A DNA stretch of 57,517 bases, counting the filler, from Dugesia japonica (lineage: Eukaryota): assembly GCA_001938525.1 (NCBI GenBank). It is 5 parts of 5 records of this genome, joined end to end, with 100 filler letters (N's around TTAATTAATTAA, not from the genome) between each part and the next. Parts side by side here need not be neighbours in the genome. Positions count along the whole stretch, not along the records: positions 49,129 to 57,517 come from MQRL01584962.1; 4 more parts are not named here. The stretch is one strand, 5' to 3'. This document shows, in pieces, positions 50,238 to 57,517 of this stretch. A program made the translations under genes and the position numbers. Position 1 is the first letter of the stretch. The number at the start of each line of letters is the position of its first letter. The notes beneath the pieces were generated by a model. It was given only the letters and a program-made list of their open reading frames with translations. It was not told where the DNA came from and ran no database searches.

Positions 50238-50649
50238 CTGAAGAAGATAAAATTGAAAATTTTAAAAAGAAACAAACAAAAAAGTTTCAAAAAATGTTTC
50301 TTTTTAAAATTTTTATTTAAGTAACAAAATTCTTTTCAAAAAAAACATTTTTATTTTTACCTAAATTTTCGATTTTATTTTCTTCTGTAAGTTACTACGC
50401 CTTAGTTTATTTTCGTAGTTTTGAAAATATTTAATTTTTTTAATTCACAGATCAATGGTTAAAAATTCTAAAAAATGAATAATTATACAAAGTGTAATTT
50501 TCACAATAAACAAAAAAGAGTAACTTCGCATTTGAGTTTTCAGTTGTGCACGAAGAAGATATTGTATTATCAAATTCAATTGGTGAAGGATATTTAATTC
50601 AATAAGATAATATAACGTTAAATAATTATTTTAGACTAAATTTTAATAC

Positions 50650-51010
50650 AGTTATTCATGCGGGGTCTTGGAGAAGTCTAATTCAGACAATATATAAACT
50701 GCGCGTTTAAAATCTAAAATTTCTTCATAGACCTTAATGCAGTTATTTTATTCAATCTGGTTTTTGTTTTAGTATAGGAGGTAGAGCCTTCACGATTCTC
50801 TTCTGTATCCTTTTATATTCTTTGCCATATTGATCAATTTATGATATGTTCCTACTGGAGCTTGAGCATGTCATTTGGTTGTTGAAGTTGTTTTGGAGAT
50901 GCTTCACATTTGAATTCCATCTCACAACTATTTACTTGAATATAAATGAACATGGTGGTCCATCTTTAGAGCTTTCAATATCTTTTTACATGGTATTATA
51001 GCTTTGTTGT
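50650..51010 (-). pseudogene. Possible hAT transposase remnant
   Basis: Only the VVRWNS motif is recognisable. Confidence 0.25.
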
Positions 51011-52139
51011 TCATATTAAGTGAAACAAAAGTTCATTGGTGATTACTGACCATTGATAATAGAATAAATATAACTTGTTTATATCAAAACAAAAATTTCA
51101 AATATGATAACAGTTTTATTTACGGATCTGAATCTGCAAAATTTACAAAGGTTAACACTCAATTTTCTCCATTTTACTAGCTTCTGTAAGTGTTTTGTTG
51201 CTAATAATAAAGTTGAAGAGTTTTTTTGAGCTAACAACAGTTCGGAGATTAAAAATTTCCTTGCGAATTCATTTTGAAATCTATTCAAAAATCATTGAAA
51301 ATTTTAATTTAATAATTTTTTCTGACAAAAGAAAATCAAAAATAATTTGAAATTCTCATACTATCTTTTCTCTTCTACACAGATTCTATCGCTTTTTAAG
51401 ATCTTTGTAACAATTTTACCATCTTTAAAATTTTAATTTCCTAATTGATCTCATAAGTAACCAAGCCCGAGGGAGAATAGTTTTGATAAATTAATTACAG
51501 TGAGTTTCTCTTCTTTGGATTCGCCTTACATTTGTTTGAAATATCTCGCTTTTTTTGGAAATTGTTAAAGTCGATTAGAGAATCAAATTATTTCAAGCTC
51601 AATTACGCCAATAAATTTGGTATTAATTAATTTTTTTAATACATACTAATGTTTATACAGAAATTACTTTTGATAAAAGTCTAATATTTATTATTTGTCT
51701 TTTGTTTTAATCTTGAATTCATTGCACACACAAATCTTGCATAAACAGATTTATATGTAATATGCTAAGTTTTCAACATTAATAATTAGATATTATTAAA
51801 ATAATAGTTTCGATCAAATTGCTGTTTTGGTTTTTATTTGGAAGATATTCTTCTTCATCAATATCAATAATCAAAATTTCGAATAATTACCAAAAAAGAA
51901 ATAATTTGATCAAAGCTATTATTTTAATGAAATCTATAATATGATCAATAGTTAAGTCTAATAATTATTCTCGCAATAATTCTTGTAATTGTAAAATAAA
52001 ATTGATAACATTTTCAGTTGAAAAATCTTATTTTCTTTTGAAATAATGAATCCTGATTGATTACGTATTTTTATTTCCATTTTCCCATTTGAACTGTCCA
52101 ATATTCTCGACATCAGTTTGGAGACCCATGGTTTAAACC

Positions 52140-53530
52140 ATAGTAATGATGAAGAACGTTTGAAACCAATTGCAATCTCGTCAAGGAAATTAAATACTGC
52201 GGAAGAAAATATTCAACGTTTGATGGTGAATTATCATCAATTTTTCACAATTTCAAGAACTTTGAACATCACTTAAAAGGATTTCATTTCAAAATTAGAA
52301 CGGATCATAAAGAACCATAAAATTTCAATGGCGATGGATTCGGTATTTATCTCAATTTGATATGTAGATTCATATATTAAAGGACCTTGTAACATATTAG
52401 CTAATCTTTTTTCTTTCTAAAAAGAATAGGAATTTATATATATAATACAACCTATTTACTGAATTCAATGCTACAGAAATCAGGAATTCACAACATTTCG
52501 GTATCAGACTTACTAACAGCTCAACAAGATAATATGTTTCTGAAAGAAATCAAAAAATTATCATTGATTTCTCATCACACCAAAGAAGGTATCGTGGTTG
52601 ACAAATAAAAAGTAAAGTAAAAAATTATCTTACCTTTACAAATGAGGTTTACAGAGTTTGAGAAACTTTTATGCTTCAGTAATCAAGGATCAAACGCAAC
52701 TATCGAGATATATCTCGCCTAAAATGAAGACCGAAATTCGAAAAATGTGTAAACACTGTCAGAATTTCCAAACGAGTAAAATACAACAACATACAAAAAC
52801 ACCACAAGAATCTCTATCATACAGAAGAAATTTCAAAGTGGTTCATATAAATATTGTTGGACCACTTTCAATAAATAAAAGTAAAAAAATTATTTTCACG
52901 ATTGTAGACCAAGTCATATCTTAAATTTAAACCTTGCCACTTTAGGAAATAAATGCAGAATCAATTTTTTCGGAATTTTGATGAGATTGAATACGGAGAT
53001 TCGGTGCTCCTGAGATTAGCAACAATGTGGGCAATGTATTTTAAACCTTCTGAAAAAAATTATGGAACTGAACATCACAATAAAACTCATTATTACCCCA
53101 AATGTAATGGAAAATAGAACCTTTTAGCTGAACACTAAAAATGCATAGAAAACATGGTTAGAAGATATAACAGAGGTGCTTGTAAGAACACACTATACAG
53201 TTAACACAAAAACACAACTATCTCTATCACAGTCTTAGTCGCAACTATTAAACTTCCAAGAGATATTATTATTCAATTCATACCTCATAATATAAGAAAC
53301 AGTAGCTTACTGACTACATGGATTTCAATAGTCATTCTTACCTAAAGACTTACAAAGCTGCAAGCAAGTATTAGTCAAAACTGAAAAAAGACGATCTATT
53401 CAACCAATTTACGAATGTCCATTCACAGTTATTAGTAGACGCTGCGACATGAAAACAATAACAGTTTAAAAACGAGAACATCAGCAGAATATAGCAGTTG
53501 ATAAAGCTAAACTAAAATATGTTAAAAATG
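52140..53530 (+). pseudogene. Ty3/Gypsy RNase H plus integrase remnant
   Basis: LKPIAISSRKLNTAEE, FKIRTDHK, CKHCQ, VHINIVGPL, RFGAP, IQPIYECPF. Confidence 0.85.
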
Positions 53531-53719
53531 TATCATTCTGCAAATTAAATTACATATTTAAATATGGTATTTAAATAAAGGAAACTTTGTTTAAATACTT
53601 TATTTTAATGAAATAAACACTTCTCAAAATTTTTCATTCATTTTTAATTTTGTATGTCCAGATGCCGATATCATCAAACATATTCTTTTTGGTCTGTCTG
53701 TTTCAGCTCCTGGTATTAA

Positions 53720-56210
53720 CAATATCACTTAAATTCCTATCTAGCGGGATTACCCCTGATAGATGGCGGATATTTTCGACTCTTATGATACCCAAGCTGG
53801 GTGAAGCTGGATCATATCACTTTGTCTCGTCTTGGAGACCGATTGCGTTGCTTGATTGCTTTTATAAGCTTTCTATGGCCTGGTTAGCTTCACAACTGTC
53901 TGATTGGGTTCAAAAATTGAAACTCTTACACAATCTACAGATGAGTATTGGAGAATAAGAGAAGTGCTCTGAACAAATTTTTTTGCTTTGCCATCTCCTT
54001 GAAAAACAGAGCCAAAATTAAATGCTTAATCGTCATATTGGCTTCTCGAATATTTCTGATGCTTTTGATAGCATCTCTATTGATCACATTCTTGCTCTTT
54101 CTTCCCGAATAAAGATTTCAAATGTAGCTACTAAGTTGATTAGGAGTCTTTACTAAGATTGATCCAGCTACTATATTTGCAATGGGGTTTACACTAGTCA
54201 CAAAACGAATCATAGTTGGGTACGTCAGAGTTGCTTCTTATCAATGTTATTGTTCAACATAGGTAATGATCCGTTTATTAACAAATTATCTCGGCTCAAA
54301 GGTATGGAGATAAAATGAGCAGGTCACTAAGTTTTTGTGCTAGGCTATGCTGATGACCTTACTCTTGTAGCGTCATCTAAGGCTGCTCTTCAAGACATGG
54401 TTAATGTCGCAGTCAGATTGGCTGACTGATCTTCTATGGAGTTCCGTCCTGATAAATGTGCTTACCTCTCATGCCTTGAAAATCATCCTCTAATTCAATT
54501 CATTATCAAGTGTCAAGCAATTCCTATAATTGTTGATAAAAATTNNNNNNNNNNNNNNNNNNNNNNNNNNNNNNNNNNNNNNNNNNNNNNNNNNNNNNNN
54601 NNNNNNNNNNNNNNNNNNNNNNNNNNNNNNNNNNNNNNNNNNNNNNNNNNNNNNNNNNNNNNNNNNNNNNNNNNNNNNNNNNNNNNNNNNNNNNNNNNNN
54701 NNNNNNNNNNCTTTCAGGAATTTTAACATACCCGTTGGTAAATTTTGGTTGAGTAGGTTTTCCTAAAATTGGGCTGTTTTTTGACCTAAAGAGACTGACA
54801 AATGCATTAGAGATAATATTAAGAGCTGCTCCGTCTGATTATGGTGGGGTAGGTCTTACATCAGCTCGGGATGAGTATTCAATTCAGTCGATTGTGCAAG
54901 GCTTTAAAATACTCATCTACTAGCCATCATTGTTAGAGATTTGGCAAGCAATGCCCTTATTCACGCTGCCACTAAATATGTCAAACAAGCTAAAATCTGC
55001 TCCATTATTGAGGCACTTGATTAATTTCACACTAGAATCACTCAATCTTATTACCAGTGTTGGTGGTCAAGGTTCAAACGGAGATTGAGTACCTCATGAA
55101 TAACCTTGATATTGAGATTAGATTCCAACGCACTAGGCTTGGAGTCTGTCTCTAAATTGTTGATAGATTGTCTGCAGGAAGCCATCTTATTTCATTTAAA
55201 GAGAAGCGGTATGTGACTAACTGTTAGATGAGTTTGGAGTACTTATTGGATCATCAATATCATAACTCAATTCCATAGGAAAATTTATTCAAAAACAAAA
55301 CTATAACCAACATTATTTGTTTATTCAAACAAATTAAAATCTCATGTTTTAATTGGTGACCATTTTTCAAATTATTTAAAAATTTTACTGTACTATTCAA
55401 TCGTCATTTTAAAATTTCAAACCAAATTTTCGTTATTTAAAATTATCCTCTATAATTTAAATTTTTTTTTAAATAAAAGATTTTTAAAAAATATGATCAA
55501 CAATAACACAAAGGTTTCAACTCGCTTTTCAAAACACACTAACATTAACTTTCTTCATTTTCTTGTAAGCTTGTCACACACTAGGAAATGAAACTCTCTC
55601 AATAAATCAGGTCCTCTTTCTAAAGCGATTGGCACTTCATCCATCTCCAATAGACCTCTCTATAATTGATCCATTTCGATGGGTAATTGGAGATTTATTC
55701 ATAGAGCGCGCACTTAAATACTTCCAGTAGGGTGTAGCAAATTCATTGATTACAGAGAGTGTGCTTTTCATCACGAGACTCAATCGCATGTTTTTTACAT
55801 TGTTGTCCAACCTCAGCCTTCCACACTGGGTGACACAGTGATCTGCTTGAGTATCTTGCTAGTTTTATCAAAACCAACACTAGTTTCAAGGGCATTGTCG
55901 ATCAGACATGTGAAATTGTGAACAGGACTGATCGCGTTGATCTTCAATAAATTGCCAAAACTAGAAGAAGAATTATTTCGCTTGATTTAAAGACACGATA
56001 TGACTCTCAAGTCAACATCAATGTTGTCAGGGACAGAAATATTGCCAAATACACACCACTTCCGGGTGATATTAAACGGAANTTACTGAATTGGTTCGTT
56101 TTCCTTGAACCGATCTCAGTTGGTTGCCTGGGATCGTAGTAGGTAGAAAATGAGCAAGTGCTCAAATATGCGGGTCTAAAAGCTAACACTATCAAGAAGT
56201 TTGCTATTGA
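53720..56210 (+). mobile_element. Decayed RLE-type non-LTR retrotransposon (R2/NeSL/Utopia group): RT, zinc knuckle and restriction-like endonuclease; interrupted at about 55250-55560
   Basis: WRPIALLDCFYKL, DAFDSI, GVRQSCFLSMLLFN, GYADDLTL, FRPDKCA, WRFIHRAR, DRVDL, LDLKTRYD, IAKY, VGCLGS. Confidence 0.85.
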
Positions 56211-57517
56211 TATTGTTAAAATTCGTTTACTTACTATTAATATTACTATAATTTATTATAATTATTATAATTTATAGGATTATTTTATTATTTACAATGA
56301 ATTGAATTGAATATTTCATATTATTGAAACCGAATTATTGTTTGATATTTTCATACATTACAGAAGTGACTAGTTGAAAAATAATTTAATTATAAGAATT
56401 AGATGTTGATTATCAGAAATTTACAAATGTTTTGGTATATTATTATTGAAAAGGATTTAAGAATTGATTGATTGATGATAAAATATTGGGTGGTTCAACC
56501 AAGCCGGGAAATTTTGAAAAATCTTAGAAATTTGAAAATATTTCCGGAAATTAATAAAATGATATACAACAAACGCAGGAATCCAAGGTAAAGAAACCAT
56601 ATACTATTACCACTGTGGGATAGCATCCATTGTTGCATGAAGCCTTGTGTACCTTGTTTAGAATCTGGACTCCTTTCAATATATCGGTGCACAATATATT
56701 CTGTTACCAAAACAGTTATACTATCAGTTCTATATTCTATGAAGACGAATTGATTATTAATTTTACATTTATCATGTTACACACAGTAAATAAAGAAAAA
56801 TTTTACAGGTCCAAGTGATATTTAATATAAAAATTGAAAAATTGTATTGATTACAAATATAAAGTAGCTAAACAAAAAGTAAAATAAATTATTCACATAA
56901 AATTTTTAACATACCAATATTTATCAGAGAAATTTAATTAAAGCTTTATTTTTCCAAAACAATGAATTTCACGGCCCCATTCGAATAAAACTTTAATTTA
57001 GCCTTTTATCCTAAATAATTTCAAATAATTTTTTTTAATTCTTACGAAGTACTTAATATTGAATTAATCGAACTGAAATCATAGAATCAAATAAACTCTT
57101 TAGTTTCCAATATTGCGCCTCCATTCAGAACGAATTTCAAAGTTTATCTAATATTTTGAATGCTTTTTGTGGTCTTTTGTCACTACTTAGCTATTTGAAA
57201 ACGCATTTTCAGCAATTATTGACATCAAAACTAAATTGAAGATAATTTAAGAATTTATGAACAGGTGAGTGAAGAAGATCCTCGCATCGTTANGGTTTTG
57301 AGTTTCCAAATTCTTCAGTAAATTTTGTAACAAACTGGAAATCTTGAAAACAAATAACCCAAGAAATTAGTTATAACTGACGCAACAAAAACGGAAAACA
57401 TTATCAAAATTTTGAATTATAATTCAGAGTTAATCAATAATTTTGAAGATCCGAAGGAGTCAAATAACCAGTTACGAGAGGGATATTTTGCTATAATGAA
57501 ACAGCCAATGGAAACCA

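Noticed and set aside
56490-57517. Possible decayed coding region at the window end
   Set aside because: Only short ORFs and no identifiable family motif.

Overview
This is very AT-rich eukaryotic DNA, not prokaryotic. A planarian-like flatworm origin is inferred from the (AAT)n microsatellites, a 43-nt intron, many mariners and a giant Gypsy element; the organism is not proven. The window is five contigs joined by artificial 100-bp linkers (44N-TTAATTAATTAA-44N) at 10419, 21101, 34157 and 49029, so gene neighbourhood across linkers means nothing. Most of it is decayed transposons: Ty3/Gypsy, MULE, mariner/Tc1/pogo, hAT MITEs, Helitron-like, and RTE- and RLE-type non-LTR elements. I found one clear host gene that the ORF track missed (spliced MZT1/MOZART1) and one orphan exon that looks secreted. 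The highlight is contig 2 (10519-21100), the 3' part of an unusually large Ty3/Gypsy element. Its RNase H-integrase frame continues through a few stops and frameshifts for about 5.7 kb past the integrase. That extension holds an array of about eight C4 zinc-finger-like modules, coiled-coil/basic regions, and a multi-TM, Thr-rich, C-terminally anchored env-like module. Two more same-strand coiled-coil ORFs follow. All family assignments come from motif recognition by eye; no database searches were run.
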